Both the position numbers and the translations under genes were made by a program. From positions 480,001-544,000 of the forward strand of contig CBDFJG010000002.1 in NCBI GenBank assembly GCA_965248445.1: a stretch of DNA of 64,000 nt, given 5' to 3'. The notes beneath the pieces are model-generated. The model was not told the origin of the DNA, did no database searches, and worked only from the letters and a program-made list of their open reading frames with translations. Shown here piece by piece: positions 11,125 through 20,465 of this stretch. Source of the stretch: Planctomycetota bacterium. Lineage in GTDB: Bacteria > Planctomycetota > JAJSAM01 > JAJVHW01. Positions within the stretch are counted from its first letter, which is position 1; each line of letters starts with the position of its first letter.

Positions 11125-11201
11125 TGGTGGGCGATACTGGACTCGAACCAGTGACCCCCTGCGTGTCGAGCAGGTGCTCTAGCCAACTGAGCTAATCGCC
11201 C
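11125..11201 (-). tRNA. tRNA-Val (anticodon GAC)
   Basis: Reverse complement GGGCGATTAGCTCAGTTGGCTAGAGCACCTGCTCGACACGCAGGGGGTCACTGGTTCGAGTCCAGTATCGCCCACCA: 77-nt cloverleaf, GTTCGAG T-loop, encoded CCA. Confidence 0.97.
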
Positions 11202-11216
11202 TCGTGAGGGCCGCAG

Positions 11217-11244
11217 AGTCTACGAAGAGCGCGGCCAGCCGCAA
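11217..11244 (-). promoter_or_regulatory. Sigma70-type promoter of the tRNA (TTGCGG-N16-TAGACT)
   Basis: Hexamers lie about 15 nt upstream of the tRNA 5' end. Confidence 0.45.
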
Positions 11245-11644
11245 ACCATCCCGACCCGGGCAACCGGTGCCCCCCGGCGTGTCGTGACTTCCCGCGGACC
11301 GGCATAGCAGTTCCCCCATCGCGTAGGCTCGGCCGACGGCCGCCCGGGTCAGGAGAGCGGCCTCGCTCGGCTTGCGTCGGCGACAAGGACGATGCTCGAC
11401 GAGGAGTCGATCGACAACTCCGCCGGCATCGCGGCACGCACGCCGTAGTCCACGACGCGCACCCCGACAACAGGAACGTCCGTGTCCGGTGCACCCGTGC
11501 GAGTCCGGGCCGTGCGGATCTCGGCGTCGCGGAGCGCTGCCGCACCCTGCTCCACCACGCGCTTCGGCTGCGGGATCTCGCCGCGCCTCTCTGCACCGCC
11601 TGTCGGACCGGATCTTCAGTCACGGCCGCACTCCATCACTCAAC

Positions 11645-11660
11645 ACGGACATATGTCCGT
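11645..11660. promoter_or_regulatory. Perfect 16-bp palindrome ACGGACATATGTCCGT, putative operator
   Basis: Self-complementary, locally AT-richer, in degraded intergenic DNA. Confidence 0.5.
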
Positions 11661-11696
11661 TGACCGGGAGCGCGTTCCGCCCTGCTACCTGCCGCC

Positions 11697-11750
11697 GTGA
11701 TCCGCGAGACCCTTGGCCCGTACCGCATCGACCGCGAGCTTGGCTCGTGC
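11697..11750 (+). pseudogene. N-terminal remnant of a Hanks-type Ser/Thr kinase
   Basis: MIRETLGPYRIDRELGS matches the usual kinase start (xxxLGPYRIxxxLGxGGMG) but diverges just before GGMG. Confidence 0.55.
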
Positions 11751-11933
11751 ACGCGCATCTCTTGGAGACACCGGGCTGTGCCGAGGAGCGAGAGCCGTCG
11801 CGGCCACCGGCCCGCCACCCGCCCTCCCCCCCCCCTGCTCCACCGGCGCCCTCAAGCGCGAGGCGCCTCGGTGCCGACCTGAGAACGGGAGCCCTTCGCC
11901 CGGATGGGGGCGCCGCACTCCCAGGAGGCTGAG

Positions 11934-12782
11934 ATGCTGACTCGACTGACACGCACGCTGCTGACTCTCATGATCCTGATGGTCTTCGCGCCAGCCACGA
12001 CCGTGGCTCAGGAACTCCCGTTCCCCTTCACGATCGAGGGCAACTGGTGGTGCTCGATGGGCAACAAGGGCGTCATGCGCCTGGACTTCGGTTCGATCTT
12101 CGGGGGCGAGTTCCCGGTCTCGGGCGTCGGCATCTCCAGCCAGTTCGAGGAGACCTTCCAGATCACGGAGACCTCGGGCCAGGTCATGAACTTCGAGCCG
12201 ACCAAGAACCTGGTCGGGACGTTCGATCTCCGGGACGCGAACGACACGGCCGACATCGGAACGCTCGAGATCACCCGCGGCAGGCTCAACAGCTTCAAGA
12301 CGAAGATGCGCTTGAAGGGCAAGCTCCAGCTCAACGGTGAGACGGAGCGCAAGGTCACGCTGAAGTGCGAGCGGATACCGGAAACGACCCCGGACTGGGA
12401 AGGGCGCACGACGGACGGCCGCGTCCGCGGCCAGCGCGTGAAGAGCGACAAGTACGACTTCCAGCTCACCAAGCACTCGACGCTCGGCTTCCCGTTCTTC
12501 CAGCTGATCTCGTTCGGCCCCTCGACGGTCGACGGCGACCAGATGTTCGTTCAGATCACCGGGATCGTGGGCGCGCAGTCCAACGGGCGCGCGTTCGCCG
12601 ACCTCATGTCGTCGGACGGCGGGCCGCAGTTCGTCGCGTTCGGCGAGGGCTTCGGCAAGGGCAAATTCAGGAGCCCCCCCACCGGCTTCCTCAACCGCCC
12701 GTCCATCCAGCTGAAGAACCGCTTCGAGCAGCGCAAGCGCGTCAACTACCAGGGCGTGCTCCTCGAGATCGTCGGCAACTAG
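11934..12782 (+). CDS. Hypothetical secreted beta-rich protein
   Basis: Signal-peptide-like MLTRLTRTLLTLMILMVFAPATTVA; SD AGGAGG; strongly biased GC3 codons; followed by a hairpin. Confidence 0.8.
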   Translation: MLTRLTRTLLTLMILMVFAPATTVAQELPFPFTIEGNWWCSMGNKGVMRLDFGSIFGGEFPVSGVGISSQFEETFQITETSGQVMNFEPTKNLVGTFDLRDANDTADIGTLEITRGRLNSFKTKMRLKGKLQLNGETERKVTLKCERIPETTPDWEGRTTDGRVRGQRVKSDKYDFQLTKHSTLGFPFFQLISFGPSTVDGDQMFVQITGIVGAQSNGRAFADLMSSDGGPQFVAFGEGFGKGKFRSPPTGFLNRPSIQLKNRFEQRKRVNYQGVLLEIVGN

Positions 12783-12804
12783 CCCACACCACACTCATCG
12801 AGAC

Positions 12805-12838
12805 CGAAGCGGCCGGGTGGCAACGCCCGGTCGCTTCG
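12805..12838 (+). terminator. GC-rich hairpin after the secreted-protein gene
   Basis: CGAAGCGGCCGGGT...GCCCGGTCGCTTCG stem with a weak U tail. Confidence 0.6.
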
Positions 12839-12885
12839 ATTCTGGCGGCCGCTTCGATCTTGGCCGCCGCTTCGATTCTGGCGGA
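12832..12885. repeat. 3 x 18-bp intergenic tandem repeat (CGCTTCGATTCTGGCGGC-like)
   Basis: Units at 12832, 12850 and 12868. Confidence 0.85.
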
Positions 12886-12909
12886 GGTGCGGGCAGGTAT
12901 CGTCGGTGC

Positions 12910-14445
12910 ATGCGACTCGCCGCCCTCGCGCTCCTGGCTCTCGCCGCGCCCTCTGCCATGGCGCAAGACGCGCTGGTGGTCGCGCCGGAGGAGTTCCACG
13001 AGGCGCTCAACGATTGGACCGCCCACCGGACGTCTCAGGGCTACGCAGTCTCCGTCGTGCCGCCCGGGGAGAACGTCGCTGCGACTGTCCGCACAGCGCA
13101 CGCGGCGAGCAAGGGCGCGCTGCGCTTCGTGGTGCTCGTCGGTGACGCGGACTACGTCCCGCCGGTCATGCGCCCCACCGACGCGATCAAGCAGTGGGAG
13201 CGCGAGCCGGAACTCGCGACCGACGCGCCCCTCGCAGACATCGACGGCGACGACGTGCCGGATCTCGCGATCGGACGCATCCCGGCCGACAGTGCAGACG
13301 AGGCGCGGATGCTGCTCGCGCGCTCCATCGCGTATGAGAACGACACCGATCACGGTACGTGGCGCCGACGGCTGAACGTGTTCGCGGGAACCGGCGGGTT
13401 CGGCGCGGCCGAGGACCTGGCGCTCGAGTTGCTGATGCGGCTCTTCATGAATCGCGACGTGCCCCCCGGCGTCGACCTGAACTTCACGTACGCGAAGGAG
13501 AACTCGGCGTTCTGCCCGCCGCCAGAACGCCTGCCGGAGGTATTCGCGGAGAGGCTCTCGGAGGGTTCGCTCGTTACGGCGTACGTCGGCCACGGCGCAG
13601 CGCGGAGTCTCGACCGGTTGCGGATCGGTGACACGCGCTTCCCCATCCTCGACACACGACACCTCGAACGGGTCGCCGTGCGCCGGGGCAGCCCGCTCGT
13701 GATCTTCGTGGCCTGTTCGACCGGGTTCTTCGACGGCGAGAAGGATTGCCTGGCGGAGGAGATCCTGCGCCGCCCCGCCGGGCCGGTGGCGATCATCGCG
13801 TCCTCACGCGTCTCCACTCCCTATGGCAACGGCATCCTCGGCACCGAGATGGTCCGCTGCCTGTTCGGAGACGCCATCGACGAAGCCCCCACCACGGGCG
13901 AACTGCTCCTGGCCGTCAAGCGGCGACTGGTCAACGACCCTGGTGAGGATCTGGCACGCAGACAGCTCGAGATGATGGCGAAGTCGTTCTATGAGGAGTC
14001 GCCTTCGCGACGCGCCGTCGACCGCAAGGAGCACGTGCTGCTCTACAACCTCCTCGGCGACCCGATGCTGCGTCTCGCGCGGCCGGCCGCCGCGACGTGC
14101 AGCCCGCCACGCGCCGGAATACTCGGCGCCGACATCGCGGTGGCGTGTTCCTCGCCGATCACGGGCAAGGCGCTCGTCGAGATCCTGCCGCGGCGGGACC
14201 GCAACGGTCAGCCGCGCGCCGCGGGCCGAACGAGCGAGCAGCGCGCGAAGGACTACTCCGCGGCGAACGTCGAAGTCGTCGCCCGCGCGGAGGTCGATGT
14301 CGCGAAGGCGAACAGCCCGTTCGTGGTGCAGGTCGCCGTTCCCGCGGATCTGCGTCCGGACCGCTATCTGGTCCGCCTGTACATCGAGGGCGAGAACGGC
14401 AGCGCACTCGCCGGAGGCATCGTCCGCCTCAAGGCCGCGCGCTAG
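12910..14445 (+). CDS. Secreted C25 (gingipain-like) cysteine peptidase
   Basis: Signal peptide; [18 protein letters not shown], catalytic YVGHG and FVACSTG, YNLLGDP. Confidence 0.85.
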   Translation: MRLAALALLALAAPSAMAQDALVVAPEEFHEALNDWTAHRTSQGYAVSVVPPGENVAATVRTAHAASKGALRFVVLVGDADYVPPVMRPTDAIKQWEREPELATDAPLADIDGDDVPDLAIGRIPADSADEARMLLARSIAYENDTDHGTWRRRLNVFAGTGGFGAAEDLALELLMRLFMNRDVPPGVDLNFTYAKENSAFCPPPERLPEVFAERLSEGSLVTAYVGHGAARSLDRLRIGDTRFPILDTRHLERVAVRRGSPLVIFVACSTGFFDGEKDCLAEEILRRPAGPVAIIASSRVSTPYGNGILGTEMVRCLFGDAIDEAPTTGELLLAVKRRLVNDPGEDLARRQLEMMAKSFYEESPSRRAVDRKEHVLLYNLLGDPMLRLARPAAATCSPPRAGILGADIAVACSSPITGKALVEILPRRDRNGQPRAAGRTSEQRAKDYSAANVEVVARAEVDVAKANSPFVVQVAVPADLRPDRYLVRLYIEGENGSALAGGIVRLKAAR

Positions 14446-14858
14446 TTCGAGAACAGCCGCTCGTCCGGGATCGACTTGAATTCCAGCGCATTGCCGGACG
14501 GGTCGCGCATGAAGAACGTCGCCTGCTCCCCCACCTCGCCCGCGAAACGGACACGCGGCTCGATCAGAAAGGTCATCCCGGCCCCGCGGGCCCGGTCCAC
14601 GAGCGCATCCCACGACGCGCGGTCGAGGACCAGCCCGAAGTGGCGGATGGGAACGTCGTCGCCGTCGACCTGATTCGATGCAGCGACCCCCGGCTGCGCG
14701 TCATCCACCAGATGGGCGGACAGCTGGTGTCCGGACATCTCGAAGTCGACCCACCGCGCGGCGCTGCGGCCCTCCCGGCAGCCGAGCACGCCGGAGTAGA
14801 AGCGGCGTGCCGCGTCGAGATCGTGCACGGGGAATGCGAGATGGAACGGCGGGCGCAC
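14442..14858 (-). CDS. VOC/glyoxalase family protein
   Basis: [42 protein letters not shown]. Confidence 0.9.
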   Translation of the reverse strand: MRPPFHLAFPVHDLDAARRFYSGVLGCREGRSAARWVDFEMSGHQLSAHLVDDAQPGVAASNQVDGDDVPIRHFGLVLDRASWDALVDRARGAGMTFLIEPRVRFAGEVGEQATFFMRDPSGNALEFKSIPDERLFSN

Positions 14859-14877
14859 GATCGACGATGATACGGGC

Positions 14878-15360
14878 GTGAGCGATCCGGAGACCCGCGT
14901 GTTCGAGAGTCTGGATGCGCTCGGCGTGGAGTACGAGCGCATCGCCTGCGACCCGGCGCTGGCCGACACCGCGGCGTTCTGCGCCCACTACGGCTACCGG
15001 CTCGAAGAAGCCGCCAACACGATCCTCGTCGCGTCGAAGAAGGAGCCGCGCACGTTCGCGCTGTGCGTCGTGCTCGCGACGACCCAGCTGGACGTCAACC
15101 GAGCCGTTCGCGACGAGCTGGGCGCGGGACGCCTCTCCTTCGCCTCCGCGGACGACATGCGGTCGGTCACGGGCATGGAACTCGGCGGCGTGGCCCCATT
15201 CGCGCTCCCACCGGACCTCACTCTGCTGGTGGACGAGGCTGTGCTCGCGTGCGACCGGGTGGTCATGGGCACCGGCGGGCGAACGTCGAAGATCCTCGTC
15301 CCCCCGGCCGTCCTGTTGCGCCTGCCGCAGTCGCGCAGCGCCCGAATCGTGCGTTCGTAG
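14878..15360 (+). CDS. YbaK/ProXp-type aminoacyl-tRNA deacylase domain protein
   Basis: [31 protein letters not shown]. Confidence 0.85.
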   Translation: MSDPETRVFESLDALGVEYERIACDPALADTAAFCAHYGYRLEEAANTILVASKKEPRTFALCVVLATTQLDVNRAVRDELGAGRLSFASADDMRSVTGMELGGVAPFALPPDLTLLVDEAVLACDRVVMGTGGRTSKILVPPAVLLRLPQSRSARIVRS

Positions 15361-15521
15361 GACACGCACCGCGGGACCGCGCACCGTGTCGCAGGACCGC
15401 CCCCAGCGTTCATCCCACGCGACGCCCCTCCCGCTGGCGGCATCTCCGGGCAGAGCACGTCGACGGCGCAACTCATTTTTCAACAAGAGCTTACGTCATC
15501 GATAACGCTCGCCCTCTCGAG

Positions 15522-15537
15522 CGGAACGGCCCTTGCG
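15522..15537 (+). promoter_or_regulatory. Putative sigma54 -24/-12 promoter CGGAACGGCCCTTGCG
   Basis: Exact GG-N10-GC spacing, about 60 nt upstream of the lipoprotein start. Confidence 0.5.
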
Positions 15538-15596
15538 CCCTGTAAGACGACGGGCCGTTCCCACGGAGGGAGCGCGCCGTGAGACCGGAGGGAACC

Positions 15597-16430
15597 ATGC
15601 TCAGCCGCATCCTGCCAATCGCCCTGATCCTCGCCGTGCCCGCGCTCGCCGCGTGCGAGACGGGGAACCCCAAGGCCAAAATGGGACCCGAGTGGGCGCG
15701 CTACGTCGGTAGCACGTATCGGCGTTCATACGGCGGCACGGGTCATGTGACCGCGAGCGCCCGTCCGTCGCGCTCCGGTCCTCCGCGATCTGGGGCCTCG
15801 TCGCTGACCGCGTCAGCGGACATCCCGCTCGAGCGACCCGTCGGCCGCAGCGCGCGCAGCGGCCAGTCCGGCCCGGTCGCCGTCGCCATCCCGCCCCGCC
15901 GCTCGCGCCGGCCGGCGCGGACCGTAGGCGACGCAGTCCCCACTTACCGGCCCGCCGCGGTCTCGAGCACCGCGCGCGCGTTCGGTCCGTCAGCGACGCC
16001 TCCGGCCCCCACGCCTCCGGCTCCGGTCTCGGGCATCCGGCCCGTCAGGGGATCGCGCCACCTCCAGGGAACCGTTCGCAGCACGTCGGCCGCGACTCCA
16101 GCCCGCAACTGGGTCTCCCCGGCAGTGTCCACACCGGCTCGCACGGCAACGGCTCCGGCCGCGCCCGCGCGCTCAGCCGTCAGCACGGCAGTGGCCGGCG
16201 ACGACCGCACGCAGCGGCAGTTCCTGCGCCTCAAGATCCACGGCCTCGATGCGTCGGACACCGAGGCCCCGTTCCGGGTTCGCAAGATGCTCTCCGGCGC
16301 CCCGGGCGTGAAGGAGGTCGTCTTCTCGAGCAAGACTGGGACGGCGATCGTCGTGATCGAGCCCGGCACCGATCCCGACGACGTCCGCACGGCGCTCGCC
16401 GCGCCGTATCGGGCGTCGCTCCTTCGCTAG
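15597..16430 (+). CDS. Lipoprotein with Pro/Ala/Ser-rich linker and C-terminal HMA-like domain lacking CxxC
   Basis: Lipobox LAAC; the C-terminal LKIHGLDASDTEAPFRVRKMLSGAPGVKEVVFSSKTGTAIV follows the HMA pattern. Confidence 0.7.
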   Translation: MLSRILPIALILAVPALAACETGNPKAKMGPEWARYVGSTYRRSYGGTGHVTASARPSRSGPPRSGASSLTASADIPLERPVGRSARSGQSGPVAVAIPPRRSRRPARTVGDAVPTYRPAAVSSTARAFGPSATPPAPTPPAPVSGIRPVRGSRHLQGTVRSTSAATPARNWVSPAVSTPARTATAPAAPARSAVSTAVAGDDRTQRQFLRLKIHGLDASDTEAPFRVRKMLSGAPGVKEVVFSSKTGTAIVVIEPGTDPDDVRTALAAPYRASLLR

Positions 16431-16454
16431 CGGCGAGGAGACCGCCAGATGGAA

Positions 16455-16491
16455 CCGGCTTGATCGGAACGAGCCGGCTTGATCGGAACGA
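16455..16491. repeat. 2 x 18-bp direct repeat CCGGCTTGATCGGAACGA (19-bp period)
   Basis: Copies at 16455 and 16474, upstream of dxr. Confidence 0.85.
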
Positions 16492-16555
16492 AGTGGGGCC
16501 CGCCGACGGACGTATCCTCCGCCGGCGGGCCTCTTTCGTGGGCGCCGCCCCCATC

Positions 16556-17740
16556 ATGAAGCGTCGCGTCCTCATCCTCGGCTCGACCGGCTCCGTCGGC
16601 CGGAGCGCGCTCGACGTCGTCTCCGCACTCCCGGAGCGTTTCGAGGTGGCTGGACTCGCGGCGAACTCGAGCGCTGACCAACTCGCTGAACAGGCTCGCG
16701 CGCACGGTGCGCCCGTCGTCGCGCTCGCAGACGAGTCGGCTGCCGAGCAAGCCCGCGCACTGCTGCCCGATGGAACCCGCGTGATCGCAGGGTCCGACGC
16801 CGCCGAGCGGCTGGTGGACGAGGTGCGGGCGGACGTCGTGCTGCAGGCGACGGTCGGTGCCGCAGCGCTTGCATCGACTCTCGCGGCGCTTCGACAGGCG
16901 AACACCGTCGTCGCCCTCGCGAACAAGGAGAGTCTGGTGATGGCGGGACCGCTGCTGCTCGCCACGGCGGCGGAGCACGGCGCGACGCTCGTCCCCGTAG
17001 ACAGCGAGCACTCCGCCATCTTCCAGTGCCTTCGCGCGGGGCAGCCCGATGAGGTCGAGCGGATCATCCTCACGACCAGCGGCGGCGCACTGCGCGACCA
17101 TCCGTTGGCCGACCTCGGAGACGCCACACCCGAGGACGCGCTTCGTCACCCGACATGGAGCATGGGGCCGCGCATCACCATCGACTCGGCGACAATGATG
17201 AACAAGGCTCTCGAGGTCGCCGAGGCCGTCGCGCTGTTCGATGTGCCACCGGAGCGAATCGAGGTCGTGCTGCATCCGCAGTCCATCGTTCACTCGATGG
17301 TGGAGTTCCGTGACGGCAGCGTGATGGCGCAGATGAGCCGGCCGGACATGCGGCTGCCCATCCTGTTCGCGCTCGCGTACCCCGAGCGGCCGAAGTACGA
17401 CGCGGTCCGTTTCTCGCTGACAGATTTCGCGGAGCTGACGTTCCGCGCCCCCGACCCGGCCCGCTATCCCGCGCTGGCGCTCGGCTACCGGGCGGCGCGG
17501 ACCGGCGGCATCGCTGGAGCGGTCCTGAACGCCGCCGACGAGGAGGCGGTGCGGCTCTTCCTTGGCGGTCAGATCCCGCTCCCGGACATTGCCGTCCGGG
17601 TGCGCCGCGCACTCGATGCGCTGGCGCCCGAGGCGTCGGCCCGTCTTGCCGACAGACCGGTCGTGGGCGCGGCAGCATCGTCTCTGGCGGACATCCTCGC
17701 CGCCGATGCCGCCGCTCGCCGGGAGGTCCTCAGCCAGTGA
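16556..17740 (+). CDS. dxr: 1-deoxy-D-xylulose 5-phosphate reductoisomerase
   Basis: ILGSTGSVG, LANKESLV, PVDSEHSAIFQ, HPTWSMG, DSATMMNKALE. Confidence 0.97.
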   Translation: MKRRVLILGSTGSVGRSALDVVSALPERFEVAGLAANSSADQLAEQARAHGAPVVALADESAAEQARALLPDGTRVIAGSDAAERLVDEVRADVVLQATVGAAALASTLAALRQANTVVALANKESLVMAGPLLLATAAEHGATLVPVDSEHSAIFQCLRAGQPDEVERIILTTSGGALRDHPLADLGDATPEDALRHPTWSMGPRITIDSATMMNKALEVAEAVALFDVPPERIEVVLHPQSIVHSMVEFRDGSVMAQMSRPDMRLPILFALAYPERPKYDAVRFSLTDFAELTFRAPDPARYPALALGYRAARTGGIAGAVLNAADEEAVRLFLGGQIPLPDIAVRVRRALDALAPEASARLADRPVVGAAASSLADILAADAAARREVLSQ

Positions 17741-19545
17741 TCACGCTCGCGTCCCTCGCCGCCCTGACAGGCATCCTGAAGACGGTGCTGGGCATCGGCG
17801 GACTCATCCTGGTCCACGAACTCGGTCACTTCCTCGTCGGCCGCTGGTGCGGCGTGCGCGCTGAGGCGTTCTCGATCGGTTTCCCACCGACCGTCTTCAA
17901 GTGGCAGCCCGGAGAGACGGAGTATCGCTTCGGACTACTGCCGCTCGGCGGCTACGTGAAGTTCGCCGGCGAGTACGAGGACATGTACGGCTCCGATCCA
18001 GAGCCCGGCACCTTCCCGGCGGCCACGTATCCGCGCAAGGTCGCGATCATGCTCGCGGGGGTCGCGATGAACGTGCTCGCAGCGTTCGTGTTGTTCGCTC
18101 TGACGTTCAAGATCGGCGTGAACGTGACGCCCGCCGAGATCGGAGCCATGCGGCCGGACGGCGCGGCGTGGGCAGCTGGACTCGAGGTCGGCGATGAGAT
18201 CATCGAGATCGACGGTGTCGAGATCCGCGAGTTCCGCGACGTCGCGCAAGAAGTGGTGCTGAAGCCGGAGGCGGACCTCGTCGTGGTCCGCGACGGCGAG
18301 CGGCAGCCGCCGGTGCGCGTGCAGCTTCGCGCACAAGGCGGCGGAGTCCATCGCCTGGAAATCGAGGCCCCGGGCAGCATCACGTTGCTGATGGGCGTCG
18401 AGAGCGATTCGATCGCCCACGAGGCAGGGTTCCGCGGCGGCGACGAGGTCGTACGCGTCGACGGCGCGGAAATGGAGAACACGCTGGCGGCGTTGCGTGC
18501 GCACGCTGCAGCAGACGGGCCGACCAAGTGGACCGTCCGGCGGGACGGCAAGGAGCAGGTCCTCACGCTGCCCCGCGAGACCAAGACCGTGTATCGCATC
18601 GGTGTCGGCCAGAGCAGCCGCCGCCTACTGGCCGTACGCCGCGGATCGGCGGCCGACCAGATTGGGCTGCGGACCGGCGACGTCGTGCGCCGCGTCGGCA
18701 CCGCCCCCGTGAACACGGTGCACGCTTTTGTGACCGCGCTGCGTGCCGACGGCGCGAGCGGTCCGATCGTCGTCGAGAGGAACGGCACCGAGCAGGTTCT
18801 CCCAGTGGCCGGAGAGGGTTCGCCGGCCGAGATCGCCGACGGCATCGGTGCACGCGGCGAAGGCATGGTGTTCTTCGTGCCGCAGGACGTGAGTACCCCG
18901 AGTGCCGCGCGCGCGGCCGGCGTGCCCGACGGCGCGATCGCCGTGTCGATCAACGGCAAACGCGTCGAAGAGTGGCACGACCTCACCGAACTCGTCGCGA
19001 GATCAGGTGAAATCGGAGCGCCGTTGCGCTTCGAGCTCCAGGATCCCGGTGGTGGAAGCCTCACCAAGACCATCTCGCCGCTGGCGGTCGAGGAGGCCGC
19101 CGGTGTCGGTCTCACGGCGATCGTGAGTCCGAAACAGGAACTCATGCGCTCCGACGGGATCGGCGAGTCGATGGTGCTCGGACTGAAACTGACAGACCGC
19201 TGGGTCCGGCGGATCCTCGCGACGCTCGGATCGCTCGTCACCGGCAAGGTCAGCCCAACCAACCTCGCCGGGCCCATCCTCCTCTCCAAGTTGACGTACC
19301 AGCAGGGTCAGAAGAGCTGGGGTGACCTGTTCCTGTTCCTGGGCATGATCAGCCTGAACCTCGCCGTGCTGAACCTGCTGCCCATCCCGGCCCTCGACGG
19401 CGGCCAACTCGCGCTGATCACGGCTGCGAAGATCCGTGGACGCGCGCTGCCCGAGAAGCTCGAGTGGGGCATCCAGATGGCCGGCTGGGTCATGGTCCTC
19501 GGCCTGATGGTGTTCGTCATCGTGAACGACCTGCGCAGGCTCTGA
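17737..19545 (+). CDS. rseP: RIP metalloprotease RseP (M50) with multiple PDZ domains
   Basis: HELGH, LPLGGYVK, NLLPIPALDGG; GTGA-coupled to dxr. Confidence 0.93.
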   Translation: MITLASLAALTGILKTVLGIGGLILVHELGHFLVGRWCGVRAEAFSIGFPPTVFKWQPGETEYRFGLLPLGGYVKFAGEYEDMYGSDPEPGTFPAATYPRKVAIMLAGVAMNVLAAFVLFALTFKIGVNVTPAEIGAMRPDGAAWAAGLEVGDEIIEIDGVEIREFRDVAQEVVLKPEADLVVVRDGERQPPVRVQLRAQGGGVHRLEIEAPGSITLLMGVESDSIAHEAGFRGGDEVVRVDGAEMENTLAALRAHAAADGPTKWTVRRDGKEQVLTLPRETKTVYRIGVGQSSRRLLAVRRGSAADQIGLRTGDVVRRVGTAPVNTVHAFVTALRADGASGPIVVERNGTEQVLPVAGEGSPAEIADGIGARGEGMVFFVPQDVSTPSAARAAGVPDGAIAVSINGKRVEEWHDLTELVARSGEIGAPLRFELQDPGGGSLTKTISPLAVEEAAGVGLTAIVSPKQELMRSDGIGESMVLGLKLTDRWVRRILATLGSLVTGKVSPTNLAGPILLSKLTYQQGQKSWGDLFLFLGMISLNLAVLNLLPIPALDGGQLALITAAKIRGRALPEKLEWGIQMAGWVMVLGLMVFVIVNDLRRL

Positions 19546-19555
19546 CCCACACACC

Positions 19556-20449
19556 GTGTCACTCTCGGGTTACCTCCGGCTGCTGCGCTGGCCCGGGGCC
19601 CTGACCGCCGCCGCGAACGTCGCGACCGGCTTCCTGCTGAGCCACGAGCCCGCCAGTCCCGGCGGCTTCGGTGCGCTCACGGGCGCGTGTCTCGGCGGCA
19701 CGCTGGTGTACCTCGGGGGCGTGGCGCTGAACGACGTCGCGGACGCGGAGCGCGACCAGACGCTCCACCCCGAACGCCCGATCCCCGCAGGCCTGGTGAC
19801 GCGCGCGCGGGCGAGGCGGTTCGCGGTCGCGCTGATCGCAGCCGGAGTCGCCGTCGCGTTCGCACTCGCGGGTCGGGACGCCGCGCTGCTCATGTCGCTT
19901 GCTGCCGCCGCCGCGGTCGCGTACGACGTCGTGCTGAAGCGATGGCGCGTACCCGGGGCGCTGGCGATGGGCCTCGCCCGCGGCGCCAACGCGGCGGCGG
20001 GACTCGTGGCCGCCGAGCTCACGTTCGGCAGTGCACTCGCCGGCGCATCTGCGGCCACGATGTCCTATCCGATCGGTGTGCTCGGCTACACGGTGATGCT
20101 GACGTTCGCGAGCACGTTCGAGGAGCGACGCCCGACCGCATTCATGGCGGGCACAACGGTCGTGCTGCTGCTGCTGCCGGCCGCACTGGCCTGGCCGCAC
20201 TTCGACGTGACGTGGAAGTTCGGGCCGGCGTTCGCACTCGTTCCGCTCGCACTGACGCTCATAGCCGGCGCGCGCGAGGCGCTGGTCCCCGACGGCCCCG
20301 GCATGGGTGCCGTGATCCGCCGCGCGGTCTTCGGGTTCCTGCTCGTGGACGCCGCGTGGCTGCTCGGCGCAGGGCGCTACGACACCGGCGTCGGACTCCT
20401 GCTGGTGTACCTGGCGCTGCGCTTCGGCCTGGCCCGCGCACGCAGCTGA
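19556..20449 (+). CDS. UbiA family prenyltransferase
   Basis: LNDVADAERD...PERPIPAG and YDVVLK motifs; multi-TM. Confidence 0.85.
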   Translation: MSLSGYLRLLRWPGALTAAANVATGFLLSHEPASPGGFGALTGACLGGTLVYLGGVALNDVADAERDQTLHPERPIPAGLVTRARARRFAVALIAAGVAVAFALAGRDAALLMSLAAAAAVAYDVVLKRWRVPGALAMGLARGANAAAGLVAAELTFGSALAGASAATMSYPIGVLGYTVMLTFASTFEERRPTAFMAGTTVVLLLLPAALAWPHFDVTWKFGPAFALVPLALTLIAGAREALVPDGPGMGAVIRRAVFGFLLVDAAWLLGAGRYDTGVGLLLVYLALRFGLARARS

Positions 20450-20465
20450 GTCACGGGAGTTGAGA

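Noticed and set aside
11192..11623. Minus-strand ORFs 11192..11623 and 11349..11558 as genes
   Set aside because: No recognisable motifs, composition typical of spurious frames, and one overlaps the tRNA; at most a remnant.
12832..12885. Short repeats as a possible CRISPR array (also 8408-8467 and 16455-16491)
   Set aside because: The units are contiguous with no unique spacers, too short, and there are no cas genes.
11125..12900. Genomic island integrated at tRNA-Val
   Set aside because: No integrase and no duplicated tRNA 3' end seen; the degraded region is on the tRNA 5' side.
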